DNA of 64,000 nucleotides. It comes from Balamuthia mandrillaris. Taxonomy: Eukaryota. The stretch lies in the NCBI GenBank assembly GCA_031835245.2, contig JAVKOQ020000015.1:248001-312000 (forward strand), in the 5' to 3' direction. The translations under genes were made by a program, and so were the position numbers. Under the pieces are notes generated by a model, which was given only the letters and a program-made list of their open reading frames with translations, ran no database searches and was not told the DNA's origin. Below are positions 11,421-26,093 of this stretch, in pieces (within the stretch, counting starts at the first letter, position 1; each line of letters opens with the position of its first letter).

Positions 11421-14400
11421 TTACAGATAGAAAGCACGGCCGATGTTGGATGCGTCTTCCTCCTCTTCTTCGCTATCCGCTTCTTTCCAATCACCTTCCT
11501 CTCCGTCGTCTGCCTCTTCCTCTGCTTCTTCTTCCTCTCCAAAAGGATCCGGTGAACTTGTTTTACTTCTTGCCCTTCTCCACTCTTCGTTGTCTCTCCA
11601 TTCTGTTGAGGAAGAAGCAGCAGCAGAAGAAGCAGAAGAGGACCCAAAACATCTTTCATAAAAGGCAATTACTCGCGGGTGCGCTCGAATCTTCTTCGCC
11701 TCGAAGCCTAGGAGGCTTAACCCCTCCAACGTCTTCACGCGGCTCAGCGCCACGTAGGCCTGCCCGTACTGGAAGACATTGGCCAGGTCCATTTCCACTC
11801 TCTCCAGCGTCATCCCCTGAGACTTGTGGATGGAGATTGCCCAAGCCAAGTTCAGTGGGACTTGAACGCGGGCCGCCACTTTCTTGTTGCCGCAATCCAT
11901 GGGCCATTCCACCGGGACAATCACTCGCTCTACCGCATTGGAGGAAGAAGAGCCGAAACGAACGATCGGATAGAAGTCATGCTCCTCGGGAGGTTGCATG
12001 AAGCCGGTGACGACGCCGCGGGCGCCGTTGACGAGGCCTCCGACGAAGCTGAGGTTCTTGAGGAGGATGACTTGGGCACCGACGCGGAGCTCCAGGCGGG
12101 CGGGCGCTGGGCAAGACTGTTGAAGCTTGGCGAGAAAAGGCTCTTTGCCTTCGTCTACTGCGTCATAGATATACTTTTGTAGGAAACGAAGGCAAAAGTA
12201 AATAAAGAGAAATGATAGGAAGAAGCGAAAGAAGCACGTACACTCTTGCCAGGTAATTGTTGCAGACAAGCCATGTTTTGTTCCATAACTTTCTTCTTCG
12301 TGGCAAACAACCGAGTTGGAGGCCCTTTTGTCGATTCTTTCTGTTCTCCTTCCTCTTCTTGAGTGCCACCCCTAAGCAAAGCATTCGTCGAAGATGGCGC
12401 ACCATTATGATGTCGTTGATGTCTCGCTTCTGCTTCTTCTTTGATCTTACCCTGTCGAGTGCGTTGCACACAAGCAGTCAGTTGTTGCAAAACTTGTGGC
12501 GTAAGTTTGCCCAGCCGGATGTTGGCCAACATCGTGATGAACTCTCTGTCCGTTTGACGAAACACGTCCAACAGCTGATAACACTTTCTGACGACGCGTG
12601 GCCAACTGTCTGCCTCAAAACAGAGTCGGCGAGCCATCACGGGTGGCAGTTGAAAAAAGTCACCACATAGTATCACCTAATAAGACAAATCCAACAACAT
12701 TGAGATCAAAGAAGAAGAAGGAACGACAAGAGCATAAGAACTGAAGCAGAGAATTTCACCTGTATGCCTCCAAAAGGGCGCTGGTCATCACGAATAGCTC
12801 GAGCAATCCACTCCAACTTATCAAACAATTCTCCAGGCAACATGCTTATTTCATCAATCACCAATACTTTCGCCTTTCGCCAACGCGGTGCACTGAGTTT
12901 ATCTCTCTCCACTCGCCTCGCCAATCGTTCTACTTTACCCTTGGCCAGTCCCACGCCAGCAAAAGCGTGCAAGGTGCAACCACCAATGTTGCAGGCAGCG
13001 ATGCCCGTGGAAGCTGTCACGTAGACCTCTCCTGGTAGATGGAGCTTGCGCAGCTGTACCACGATCTCGCGAAGGAGAAAAGACTTGCCAGTGCCAGCGC
13101 TTTTGTTTTTGCTAAGTAAATAACAGCTTAATAAGAAAGAAACAGAAGAGAATCAGCGAACCAGCCGGTAAAGAAGAACGATTCACCAGACTTGGCAGCA
13201 TCAATAACCTAACATTACCAGATGAGAAGAGAGTCGAACACAACATTAAACACAAGGAGAGAAAAACCTGTTTTTGTGATGGGGTGAGTTGAAGATCAGG
13301 ACACTCTTCCTCTAAAGAAGGTTCGTCACGAGTATCAGGCAGTGCTTCCATCTCCGCTATGGCTGCCAACTCAGCCTCTTTCTGACGTCGCAGCGCCTCT
13401 TCGTACCACATTTTGGAGGAGGGCACGTCTTCAGGAGAGACATAACGAAAGTGTTCAGGTACATCGTTTTTGAGTACAGAAGAAGCGGGTGACAAAGAAG
13501 AATGCAGTGGTGGCAACGACGAAGAGGAAGAAGGATCAGCCATAAAAATAGGAGAAGGAAGTGAGGGAGCGCAAGAAGGAGAGGATGGAGAGGAGAAAAA
13601 AGCAAGAGAAGAGGAAGTGCTGCTGGAGGAAGGCAATGCACCACGACGAAAACCAGCTATGTGCAATTGTGGTTTCGGCTGCAAAGAAGGAGCAAAACTG
13701 GATGAATAAGCAGTAGGACCAGAAGGTGTTGATGGTGTTTGCGAAGAGAGAGAAGCTGAAGAAGAAAAGTTTGACGGAGCACAATAGGGCACAGAAGCTG
13801 AAGGAGAAGAAAGAGAAGGCGGAACTGATAGTACAGAAGAAGGAAGTGAAAGGGTGTTTTGAGAAGAAGAAGCAGCAGATGGAGGAGTAGGGGAATAAGA
13901 AGGAGGATAAGGAAGGTAACTGGAAGGAGCAGAAAAGGAAGCAGGAGGAGCATGATGAGAAGGAGAAGCATGGTGAAAAGAAGGAGGTGGGAGAGAAGAG
14001 GGAGAGCGATGAACAGAAGGAGCAAAGGGAGCAGAATGAGCGGTGGTGGTAGCTGGGGGATAACTACGGTTCACCGGGGTGGGGCAAGCGGACTGCGGAG
14101 CAGAAGAAGAGAGGGTCGATGGTTGCACACCAGTCAGCGGTCGTCTTATCTTCAGCGGAGGGGGAACCTCCGTGGTGCCCATAGCTGCGGGCCGCGATGA
14201 TGCCTCCTCCACTGAAATCGATTGAGGGTGCTCATGCGGCCGTTTCTTCGTCGTGGTGGTTTGTGTTGCGGGCGTTGCATTGTCTGTTCCAACGTTGTTT
14301 TGCAGCTGAACGGAGATAGAGCAGAGCGAGTTATTGGGGACGAAAGCCAGGCTGCTGCTGTTCTTGAAGCGGCCGCGGGAGAAGGAGCCCAAAGAGAGGT

Positions 14401-14548
14401 TTATGCTACGCGACGCGCTGAAGCCTTTCGTCGTGTCGGCGGAAGAAGCGGAAGTACTGGTCGCCATGACTGATCGTTGCGTGCGGCCTCCTAGAGCTCC
14501 ATGTTGAGCTGGCCGCTGTGTCGATGCGGAGGTGCTGTTGGCCCACAT
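11421..14548 (-). CDS. PIF1: PIF1-family 5'-3' DNA helicase with long S/P-rich N-terminus, multi-exon
   Basis: FFTGCAGTGKS (spliced), TASTGIAACNIGGCTLHAFAG, IDEISM, PFGGIQ, GDFFQLPPV, LVNGARGVV, QVPLNLAWAISIHKSQGMTL, GQAYVALSR. Confidence 0.95.
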
Positions 14549-14663
14549 CTCATCTGTTAAGAAACAAAGGAAATCAAATTCGTTCCAGGAAAATTTTCGA
14601 ACGTCGACAATAAAATAATCAAGAATGTGACAAATTTCAAGTATGTAAAGTCGACAAAAATGT

Positions 14664-15712
14664 TTAATTTTCGTTCTTCTCCTTTCCTTTGCTCTCCTCT
14701 TCTTCCTCTGTTGCTTCGTTCGTTCGACCATTCGACTCTGTTTCTTCTGCTTGATCTTGTTCTTCTTCTTTATCCAGAATCCGAATGACCAATTTGCCTC
14801 GCGTACGCCCGGTCTGACTTGCCTCAAAGGCTTGCACAGCGTCCTGCATGGCGTACGTCTTTTCAATGCATGGTCTCAATCCTCCTTCTTCCACAATTCT
14901 TGCAATAGCTGTTAGATCCTTTCCACTTGCAACGCAAGAATGTTGGTCGTATCCTGGGCTTCCAAATAACGACCAAAACTTTCTGTTGTTTTTGTTTGAA
15001 AGTGAGCAAACTAACAAAACATTACAGCAGTAAAACAAGTTAAGAAAAGAACAACGAACCGATTAGCAGAATAACCAACAACGGATGCAAGATACTTTGG
15101 AGTGATTGCCTGTTGATTGTCCCCAACAATGGTCACAAACATGCCTCCCTTCTTCAACACCCCATGCGAACGTATCCATACCTCCACTCCTCCTGAAAAC
15201 CTGAAATAAGTTGTTCTGTTTCTCCAGAAGAGAACAAGGAAGGAAAAGTACCTAAACAGTCATAAACTGCGTCGAAATCTTGACCAGCCAAACTCTCCCA
15301 CCAGTTCTCTTGGGTATAGTCGATGATCTGGTCAGCCCCAAGGCCGCTTACGAACTGGGCATTCCTACCGCTGCACGTTGCCGCCACATAACAGCCCCAA
15401 TGCTTTGCTATTTGAACCCCAACGCTTCCTGTTATATCGTATTTATATTCAAATAAACAGAGTGTTTACAGTGTTGAAAGTAGAACAGAGAAGAGAACGG
15501 GAGAAAGAGAGAGAATGAGGGCTGAAATACGAACCAGTGCCACCACTGCCGCCAAGTACCAACACCTTTGCTCCTGTCTTTCCTTCCACTTTGGCCAGGC
15601 GAAGGGCTTGGTAACTAGTAAGGCTGACCAATGGCAAGCTTGCAGCTTCGTCATGGCTCAGGCCTTTTGGCTAAGCATTGGAAAAATACTCTTAATGCAT
15701 GAACGCAAACAC

Positions 15713-15748
<36 letters not shown>

Positions 15749-15772
15749 AACGACAAGAAAGAAAGAAACGAC

Positions 15773-15816
<44 letters not shown>

Positions 15817-16300
15817 AACGACAAGAAAGAAAAAAAGAAAGAAGAAGAGGAAGAGAGAGCACAAACCTTGTAAGCGACCAATTTTTCAGCAATATTAACA
15901 TACTCAGCGCAAGCGCCACACCGACTCCAATGAGCCATAGCAAAGACTTCGTCACCCACTTTAAACTTTGAGCTACATCCTTGGCCTTTTTTTTTGTTGT
16001 TTTTGTGAGCGTTCCGGCTTCGTCAACGAAAGGAAGAAACCTACCTATTTCAACGATGACCCCAGAAAGATCGAAACAAGGGATGAACGGAAAGACCCCA
16101 GAGCCGCGAGAGAATAACCTTTGCGCAAACGCGTTGAAGCCAGAGGCAAACTTCCAGTCGACGGGATTGACGGAGGTGGCGTGCACGCGCACCGTGATCT
16201 CCCCCGACGGCGGCGGTCGCGGCGGCGGCGCGCAGTCGGTGCGGTAGCGAAGGATCTCGCCGGGTTTGTCGCTGTAGCTGTCGTACACAACCGCTTTCAT
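14664..16300 (-). CDS. MDR-superfamily NADPH:quinone oxidoreductase-like protein (zinc-independent), multi-exon
   Basis: MKAVVY; VRVHATSVNPVDWK; PFIPCFDLSGVIVEIG; VLVLGGSGGTG; LGADQIIDY; GRTRGKLVI. Confidence 0.9.
15714..15833. repeat. (AAAG)n microsatellite in an MDR gene intron
   Basis: Directly visible, interrupted by repeated acgac units. Confidence 0.9.
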
Positions 16301-16833
16301 ATTGAAATCAACAAAAGATTTGTTTGGTTTTTTTTTTGAGTTTACAAAAGAAAAAGAAAAACGTTACAGCTAGTATAACGGGATGAAAAGTTCTTTATCA
16401 GTTGCTTTATCTGACGAAATAGTTTGATTTTGATCTTCGGGGAATATTTTAATTCCCCCTACCAATAGGGATTTTTAAAAGAGTCAATGGACCAATAGAA
16501 ACGTGCGTTGCATTCATCGGGAGAATGCCTCTCCGCGATTTCATTTCATCACGTAATTCTACCCCTCGTTTTCTTTTTGTCCAACTTCTCTGTTGTTCCC
16601 TTTTCTCTCCTTTCCCTTTATGCTGCAAATTTTCTTTTTCATATCGCAATCTTCTCGTTTAACCGCCTCTTCTCTTCTTCTTTTGCTCTTGGAACAACTT
16701 GCGGAACACATGATTCTTCACTACTACTGCTTGTATCTCGTTACTTTTAGTATATTAAGTTTATGTTCTGTGCTTGCTCTATATCCACAACCATCCCGTT
16801 CTTGTCCTTACAATAGAGACAAAAAAAAGCCAT

Positions 16834-18717
16834 TTAAAACTCGCAGTGCCTATGATAGCGAGGGAATGGGATGACATCTCTGATGTTGTCAGTGCCAGCG
16901 ACGAACATGACCAGACGCTCAAAGCCAATGCCAAAGCCTGAATGAGGGACCGTGCCGAATCGTCTCAAATCCAAATAAGCTGCATAGGCCTCTTCCTCCA
17001 GTCCGGGCGTCGATCTTATCCTTTGGATTTGAAAACACGTTTCAGTCGAAGAACAAAGAGACGAAAAGTTTAAGTAGAACTGAAACTAAAGTACCTTTCC
17101 AGTAAAACGTCCAATCGCTCTTCTCTCTGGCTTCCTCCCACCAACTCTCCGATCCTGGGCACCAACACATCCATCGCCGCCACGGTCTCTCCGTCATCGT
17201 TTCTTCGCATGTAAAAGGCTTTGATGTCTTTGGGATAGTCGGTCACGACAACAGGACATCCTTCATAGATCACTTCGGTGAGATAGCGTTCGTGCTCGGA
17301 GGCCAGGTCCATTCCCCATTGAACTGGAAGCGTGAACAGGTCCTCTCCTTTTTCTTTGTAATGAAGAAGAAGCTCTTCGACGGCTTTCGTGTAGGTGATC
17401 CTCTGAAATGGAGACTCCAGGGCTCGTTGCAACCTTTGTCGAAGCGGAGGTAGAGGTCGTTGTCTACCTTGTTCCTGTATTTCTTGGAGCTGTTTACTTT
17501 CGAGGTAGACAAGGTCATCAGCGCACGTCTCCATCACGTGAGAGATGGCGAACTTGATGAAGGCTTCAGTCAGGTCGATGACGTCGTGAAGGTCCGCAAA
17601 GGCCACCTCCGGTTCGATCATCCAGAACTCGGCGAGGTGACGTGTGGTGTTGGCATGTTCAGCTCGAAAGCAAGGCCCAAAGGTGTAGACGCTGCCCAAG
17701 GAACAGGCGTAGTGTTCCGCTTGAAGTTGACCAGAGACGGTGAGAAAAGTGGGACGAGCGAAAAAGTCAGCTGCGTAATCTACACATGCTTCGTCTTTCT
17801 TTTCTTTCTCTTTATCTGCTTCTCCTTGTGTTGTTGAAGTTTTTGAGGTCGGAATGTCGGATAGCTTGTGGGACTTGGGGAGTAGCGTAGTCACTTGGAA
17901 CATCTCGCCAGCGCCTTCGCAGTCAGAGGCTGTGAGAAGAGGTGTTTGGACGTGGAAGAAGCCTCGCTCTTGAAAGAACTTGTGGACGGCAAAGGCAAGG
18001 GCGCTGCGAATCCTCATCGTAGCGCTTACCTGGTTGTTGTTTTTGAGAGAACAAACGATGAATAAAGAATAGAGAAGAAACGGGAAGAGAAGAAAGGAGA
18101 TAGAAGAGAAGGAAGCAACGTACAATGCGAGTTCTGGCTCTCAAATGTGCGACTTGCCTCAGATATTCCCTAGATGTAGCCTGCGCCATCAAGGGATAGC
18201 TCTCTGCGGGACACGCCCCCACCACGCCAAACTGCTCTACCACCAGCTCCACTCGTTGGCCTTTCGCCGGACTCTTTACCAATCGACCGCGCGCCCAGAT
18301 GGAGGAACCGGTGGTGGAGTGGTTGTGCTGCAGCAACTCCTCGAATGAGGCAGGCGTTTTGCTCTTGTCTACAACGAGCTGGAGGTCATGGATGCAAGAT
18401 CCGTCGTTCAGGTGGATGAAGGCCAGAGTCCTTTTGGCCTGGAGGCGGGTGGTCCGGATCCACCCGGCCACGGTAATGAGGGCGTCATCAGAGAGGAGGC
18501 CCTCGCCTTGATCCTTGCGGCCGAGGATTTGGTTGATGGCGGTGCGCCCTTGAAAAAGGTGGCGAGGAAGAGGAGGCAGCAGACGGTCTCTCTCCTGTTC
18601 CAGACGCTCCTTCTCAGCACGCAGCCTTTGGAGCTCGGTCAACGCCTCCTCCAATGTTTTGGGTTCTCCGCCTTCTTGCTCCACCGCTGTGTCTTGTGGT
18701 TGCACAGCGGGCAACAT
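16834..18717 (-). CDS. asnS: Asparaginyl-tRNA synthetase (class IIb), 3 exons
   Basis: OB-fold (ITVAGWIRT...FIHLNDGS); [30 protein letters not shown]...[49 protein letters not shown]. Confidence 0.95.
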
Positions 18718-19121
18718 TTTTTTGTGCTCTAGCTATCACTGTAGTGAAAGAAGTGGGTGCTACCGTTTGGGTTTTGAAACGTTTGAATCAGACCAGCACT
18801 GGTTTTAGTGCGTCCACCATTCTTTTCTGTTCTGCCTTATGGTTGTGAGAAATTTCCGGGAACCAAAAAAATCATTCCCTATATGAATTCTGGTTGGTTG
18901 GTGAGGATCAATCACAACCATGGCCAATGAAAAATCAAAAACCGATCTATTAGTTCAATGGATCAATAATTAACAAAAAATGTCGCGACATACGTCATCC
19001 CGTTGCCTCGCGACGACCAATAGGAAAATAAATGAAATGATTTATGCGTTGATTTTTTTCTCCCTTTCTCTTTGCCGCTACTCCAAAAGAGAGCGAGTAG
19101 CGAAGGAAGGAAAAAAAAAAA

Positions 19122-19152
<31 letters not shown>

Positions 19153-19925
19153 TAAACTGACTTGGCGTTTGTTTTCAAACCAAACAGCAAGTTTTTGAAC
19201 CGTCCCCCTTTCCCTGTTATTTATTGTGTAGTGGGTGGGTTAAAAGGCGAGGCAGGTGGTTTTTTTTTTTTTCGAAGGAAAAGGAGAGAAAGAAATCAGT
19301 TGTCAGTTTTATTTTTTTCAACTTGGAAGGAAACGGATCCCATCCTTTGAGTGGATTGGATTGGGTGGCCATTTATTTAAACAAAAAAAATTTGCAAAGG
19401 TAAGCTTTTTTCTACCTTTTCATTGTTGTCAATGGTTTGCGTTTTGGATTAATCCAATACATAAACAAAAAACAAAACAAAGACGTTTCTGCCTGTTCTA
19501 TGGCCTAAAAGAAGTGATTTTGCCAAACCCTAATAAGAGACCTCAAAAACAAGAACACTGCGCAAGCAGCTGATCCTTTCTTTGTTTTTTTGGAACAGTT
19601 CTTTTTTTTTGTTGCACGTTTGGTACCTATTTCGTTATCCTTTTCATTTCTTTGGTTGTTTTTGTTCTGTTCTCGCTCGCGCGCGCGCTCTCTCTCCCCT
19701 CTGTTATTCTCATTCTTCTCTCTACCTTCTGTCTTCCAACTCGCCTGGCTCTCTCCCCTTCTCTCTCTGCTCTCTGCTCTTCATCGTTTCTTATTTGCGT
19801 ATGTTTCTTTCTTGTGCCTTTTGCGTTGCAATTTACTGATCAACTTTTATACGTTGTCCCATTTTCTATTCAAGATCTCAAGACACAAACAACACATACC
19901 CAACAAGAAAAGAGTGAGGTGTTTC

Positions 19926-22900
19926 ATGCAACAGCTCACTGCTGCCACTTCAACAACTACAGCTGTAGGACGAACAGCCGCAGGAGAAGGATCCTTTGAT
20001 CTCTCTTTTCTCACTTCTTCTTCCTCTTCCTCCTCTCTCTTCATTTCATCTCCTCCTGCTTCTTCTGTTTCTTCTTCTTCTGCTGCTTCTTCTTCCTTTG
20101 CCACTTCCTCTTCTGGGCAGACAAAGAATGGTGGCAACAACACTTCCAATCATAATGGAAGGAGTTCGGATAGCTCAGAAGCAGAACTCATCGGAGCCAT
20201 CGAAGAGTTTATTGCTGACCTGTCTTCACCTGTACAGAGCCCGATATGCAAACTCTCGCTGCATAGAGCACCTTCTCTTTCTTCCTCTCCCTCTCGTTCC
20301 TCTTCTTTCGGCTTTCCTTCAGCACAATCACCGTTAGACGCCACACAATTGCCTTCTTCTTCTGCTTCTGCCTGTCATTCTGGTGGGGGCTGCGAAAGTT
20401 CAGAACACGATGGAGGTGCCGATGAAGGAATAGATATGTGGCTAAACCTGGAAAGAGGGGATGAGGAAGATGAAGCAAAATTGCAACAAGAAGAGGATAG
20501 ACGATTAAGTAGGAGTCAAAACATCAAAACAACAACGAAAGCAACTCACGAGTCTGATGATGATACCAGACGAGCAAATGAGAGAATGATCATGGCAATG
20601 ATGCAAGACAGACGATTCCCTTCTTCCTTTTCTACTTCTTACATACCGCGGCATCCATCATTTTCGCAAGAAGCAGCCAGATTGTTGTTTGCGGAAGAGG
20701 ATGAGCCGGATGGTGGTCGGAATTTGTCGCCACAGTTTCGGTTGCTCGCTTCGCATCGAAATAGTCGTGAGATACCAAGTCCACAGAGCCAACTCCTTGA
20801 TGTGGCTTTACAAACTTCTTTGGAGGGCGACCCGCCATCAATGTCGCCTCTTACTTCCAACAATTATTACGCACAGGTATACTCCTTTCTCCTTCTTCCT
20901 TCCTCTTCTTTTTTGCCATTTTTTTAACTAACAAACAAAAACAAAAAGCAGCCCAAAGCAATCAACATACAATATCCCATTAGGGTTGAGAAATCTGCCC
21001 CTCAATCTCAATTCGTCGAAGATAGCGCTGTTGCTACAACTTCCTCCTCTTCCACTTCTACTCCCTCTGCCTCCTCTTCTTCCGCATCACCCGCCCGAAA
21101 ACGCAAACGAGTATCTAAACCCTCTACCGAGTTAGTGAAGCCAGCAATGGACCATCTTCAAGGTCCACAACGTAAACGTACGGAAGAAAGTCCCGAGAAG
21201 ATGCTTCGGCAGGGTGCAGCTGCGGAACTGAAAGAAGCAACGCAAACATTTTACGATGATCACAACTCGAAGTTGAGTCAACAGCAAGAACGTGACGCGA
21301 AAGAAAAAGAAGGAAAACATACTTCGATCGTTCCGCGAAGGCAGCACTCTAATGCAACCCTGGAACGAGATAATATGTTGCGTAAACGAAAAGAAAAAGA
21401 AGTAAATGATGAAGACGACGAAGAATTAGAGGGACGTGCAGGAAGAAGCCACTCTTCGGAAGCTGTTGTATGGAATGCAGGATTGCACTTACAACTTTGT
21501 TGCATGATTTCCGAGTGTGTGGATGTATATGCTCGCACCACTTGGGCTTTCAACCCTTTGCATCCCGCCGCCTTAGACAAGAGCAACGTCTTTTATATCC
21601 TTTGCACGCAGCCAGGAGCAGAGGAGATCAGCGCCCTTTCCTTTAACGTGCATATCTGTGTTGCATTAGGTTTGTTCCTTCTTCCTTCGCGTCCTGTCTT
21701 CTTTCCTCTCTCTCTCTCTCTCACTCTCTCTCTCTCTCTTAACTCGTCTCACATTTATTATTTAACAATAGGCTACCTATTGTTGGGTGATGTGGATAGA
21801 GTACAAGACCTTTTTGTTAAAATCAGACGACTAGCTGGTTATTTATTCGAAGTTACAGATTATAGTGTTGCCTTAGGCTTTACCGTCTTAGGCTATGTTA
21901 CACTCGTGCGGTACTTTTTTCCTTAAACCCGACTTTCGTTTTTTTTCTTTCGCTTGCGCCTTTTGTGTCTACTTGGCTTCTCTCTTTCTCTCTCTTTCTC
22001 ACTAAGCCTTCAATTATTTAGATTGGGAGACGTCGAAAAGAGCTCCTATTATCTCCGTGTTGCCCTAAACTTGTGCCGCACTCTTGGAGCGTTCAACTGT
22101 GGCGTGTATATGCGTTGTTTGTACATACAATACTTCAATCCTGCCTTCTCCCTCTCCGAAATGCAGCGGTTGCAAATGGAGTTCAAGACGATAAAGAATA
22201 GGTATCCTCCTTATTCCATCGTGCGTGAGATCGTCTATCATCACAACACTTACGGTAATGGAGTTCGTTTGCGGAACCTTCCGGATGAGGCATTGCGAGA
22301 CATCGAATATTATCCGTTGGGAGAACCTTGTGACGAGGAAGAAGATGTAGAAAAAGAAGCAGAAGACGTAAAAGAACAAGAAGAAGACATAGAAGAACAA
22401 GAAGAAAGAAGGAATGGTAAGACCGTTTCTTACATGCATTCTTCTTCGACGTCGTCTGTCACTTGGAAACAACAAGTGGATAAAGACGAAGGACGCGAAG
22501 GAATACCAGAAGAACAAAGGGAAACGAGAAGGAATGGACCCGAAGAAGATAATTTCTTACATCCAGTCAAAAAGGAAAAAACAGAAACAGGAGGTGGCGA
22601 GCCGGAAAATAACAGAAGGTCAAGCAATCCCCAAACCAACTTTTGGGAACAGTTCGGAGACGAAGAAACACGAAGAACAAAGATCAACGCAAGCACAGCA
22701 GAAGCTGCCGTCAAACGGGAAGAACAAGATGGAGCCACAGAGAAGAAAGAGAAGGCAATAGAAGAGCAACCTCCCTCCAACAAACTGCTTCAACTCATGC
22801 CTCTCTCTCTTGAGAAATACTATGAATGCACTAAATGCCTCAACATTGCTATGAACCTCATTGCTGCCATCCTCATCGCTGAGAAGAAGAAAGACAAACG

Positions 22901-25900
22901 CCCCTCTACTTTTGAACCCATCTTCTCCATTCTAGACAATCTCGAGAAGCAGCTCTCCCACAACCCTCTCCCCAAAGTGGAACAGATTGCGATGGCTCTC
23001 TACATGGCTGCCACGAGAGCCATTTGCCATTGGATGTTGGGTGATCAGGAGTTTGCTCTCAAGTGGGCGAAAACGTTCCTTCTTTTGACAGAGAACAAGT
23101 GCTTTCACCTTATCATCACCAACACCCCGCAGTACATGATTTGGGTTACCAAGATCTTTCTTAGCACTCAACAGTTCGAGAACTTGCAGCGGTTGATGAG
23201 GTCTATGGAGCGCATAGAGCATCTCTTTGTGTCAGTGAGGACGTTGAAAACTCGTTTGTTGACGATTCTTTCTCAACATCAACGACCACAAGATCAAGAG
23301 CAGAATGCAGGTGGAGGAGCAGCAGAAACAGAAGAAGGCGCAGTGTATGATATGAATGTTTCCTCTACTTCAACCTCATCTTTTTCTTCTCCTCCAACTT
23401 CTTTTTCTTCCACCAGAAACCCATCGCCACCAGAAACGTCTTTGCGTATGAACATTTCTTCTTCCTCCTCTTTCTCCCCGCCTGAAGAATCTCCTCAACA
23501 ACAGCCACAACAACTACCACCTCAATTGCCACCTTCCTCTCGACCAAACAGCGTAAGCCAATACCCTCCCCATTTTATCAAAAACGACCCAAGCATACCA
23601 TTTCGTTCTTATTCGCAACCTCCTTCTCTCTCAACCTCATCTTCTTCGCCTTCTCTTCATCATCATCGCCATCTATCTGATCTGACTACCGAGAGTAGTG
23701 ATGCACCGTTGTTTCGTTCTCAAAGTCATTATGTTACGAGAGAAGTGCACAATCTTGACGGTGGCGATGCAGCTGTTGATGCTAACAAAAACCACAATAA
23801 TGATCATCTTCGTCGTGTTTATTCCTTTGAAGGCCCATCTTCTGCTGCCTCTATTCCTGCTCCGTCCAGAACGGTAATGATGCAAACGATGATGCGCAAA
23901 GGACAACGAAGACATGTTAACCCTTCTAATACTCCTCCTGCTTCATCTACACAAGTTATCTATCCTCACTCTCGTTACCCAACGGATGCTTATTCTCCCT
24001 CTCCTACAAACGGCAATAGCAATGATCAACTTTCATCTCGAACGGACAGTCGATCTCTTCCTCACTCCCCCCTTACTCCACTCTCTTCCTCATCTTCGGA
24101 CCTCATGAATGTTCGGCAGCCACTTCCACAGTATCAACACTCGTCTCCTTATTTCGCTTCTCCATCTTCAACTTCTGTTCCCTCTCCGGCTCCTTTTGCT
24201 TCTGACCCCATAAGTTTCAAAGCGTCTTCTTCTCAACGGCACATTATAGAGGGAAAGGAAGAAGAGACACAAAGAGAACTTACAATGACAGCGCCAGCAT
24301 TGCTAAGTAACAGCCACCCTCATCGTTTCTCTTCTGCTGGACCAGAAGGTCCGTTCTTTTCACCTACAGATGAGGCATCACAAGAAGTAATGAACAACGT
24401 GGTACAGCCATCATCTTCTACTTCCTCCTCTGCTTCTGCTCCTTATCAAGTCCGCAGAGCGGCATCTCCTTTGCACAGTGCAAACCAACCCATTCCATTC
24501 TCTCAACTTCCCGCTTCGTCATCTTTTGGAGAACAGTCTTTATCTGGCATAGATGCTCGTTCTTCACCTCCTCATCATCTTTCACTATCTCATCCATCTG
24601 TGTCGCCGTCTTCCTCGCCTCAAAAACAACAACAACGAACAAGAATGAGGTATCCTCTTCAAAACAACTCAAACCAGCAAGCGCCTTCATCATACCCAAA
24701 ACCCCAGTCACCAGCGCCGCCACCTCCGCCCCAACCATCTGCTGTAGCTTCAGCTTTTGGTTCTTCTGTATCAACGCCGCCAGCCGCCATAACATCCAAT
24801 AGCATTTCGCCCTCACGAAGAAGAACTGGATTTAGGATGAGAACCACCATTCTTTCACAGCAACCTCCTCATTCTCCTTCGCAACAACCTCCCTCGCCCT
24901 CGCCTTCTCCTTCTCCTTCTGCCTTTCCTACTTCTCATCACCAACCTTCGTCTTATACTGTCACTCCCCAACCTCCTTCGTTCTACTCTACACCACTATC
25001 ATCACAGCAACCAATTACTTCTCATCCGCCACTACCCACACCACAACGACAGCAGCTGCCACTTTCTCCTTATCCTCAACATCCTCAACATCCTCATCCT
25101 CATCGCCAGCAACAAGACGAAGATCATCGTCACAATTTTGTTCCTGCCTCTGTCGTCCCTTCTTCCATTCCTATTGCTCCTGTTGCTGCTTCTCCTTCCC
25201 CTTCTCATTACCAACCTCCTCTTCATCCTTCCCAGTATCAACAACGACAGAAAGCACGGGATGAGGCGGAAGAAGAAGTGGATGGTCGCATGTTAGCCTC
25301 CATGATGGAACATCACCTCCAGTCCGTTCACGCCGTTCATCATCCTCACCCTCATCCTCAACCACCTTCTCAGCAGTATTCTTCTTCCCCAGCCACAAAT
25401 GCATCGTTCAATCCTCGCCAACAACAACTACAGCAACAACAAAACGATCTTTCTTCTTCTGCTTCTGCTTCGGTTCATCGCTCTTCTTTCTCTGATACTA
25501 ATATAGTACCAACTGACCAACAACCACATTACTACTTTAGCGGCGATGCTTCTTATCGTAATCAACACCAACAACACCAAGCCAAACAAGAGGACTATCA
25601 TCCCCAACCTCATCCGCTCGTACTTCAACAAAACCAAAGCAACCAAAACCAGAACCAAAGCAACCCACAAGAAGCTGTTGCTCATCTTCATCGTTTTCTT
25701 CAACAACAACAAACGGACAACAATGGTTTTTCCTCCTCTTCTTCTGCTTCAAAGTCGTACCCTTACATCCAACCGACAGCCGCTCAACTGCAACAACTTT
25801 CCTCCGTTTTGGCTGCTTCGTCTGCCTCATCGACTCAAAACAACAGCCACATTGACCAAACCGGCCTAACAGCAGCAGCAAGTAACAACAATCGAGGTGG

Positions 25901-26093
25901 AGGAGCAAGAAGACAAAAAGGTGGCGGAGGAACCTCATCCACTGCCAACAACAACCACAGCAACACGACAAAGACCAATTGGCGATGGAAAGAAGAGAAC
26001 GATGCCGTTCGCAAGAAGAGAGAAAGAAGAAAGTCCACCACCACCACCACCACCCCTGCCACTTCTCATGCCGGCAACTCTTCTTCTGTCTGA
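19926..26093 (+). CDS. Very large, probably nuclear protein: S-rich N-terminus, RKRKR NLS-like motif, helical middle domain, ~900 aa P/S/Q/H-rich tail
   Basis: Long ORFs joined by GT-AG introns (20877-20951, ~21670-21770, ~21910-22021). Helical region (RRLAGYLFEVTDYSVALGF) recalls fungal-type transcription-factor middle regions, but no Zn2Cys6 motif was seen. Confidence 0.6.

Noticed and set aside
11421..14548. PIF1 as part of a Helitron or MULE transposon
   Set aside because: No Rep/HUH or transposase domain and no element ends; ordinary intron-containing cellular PIF1 layout.
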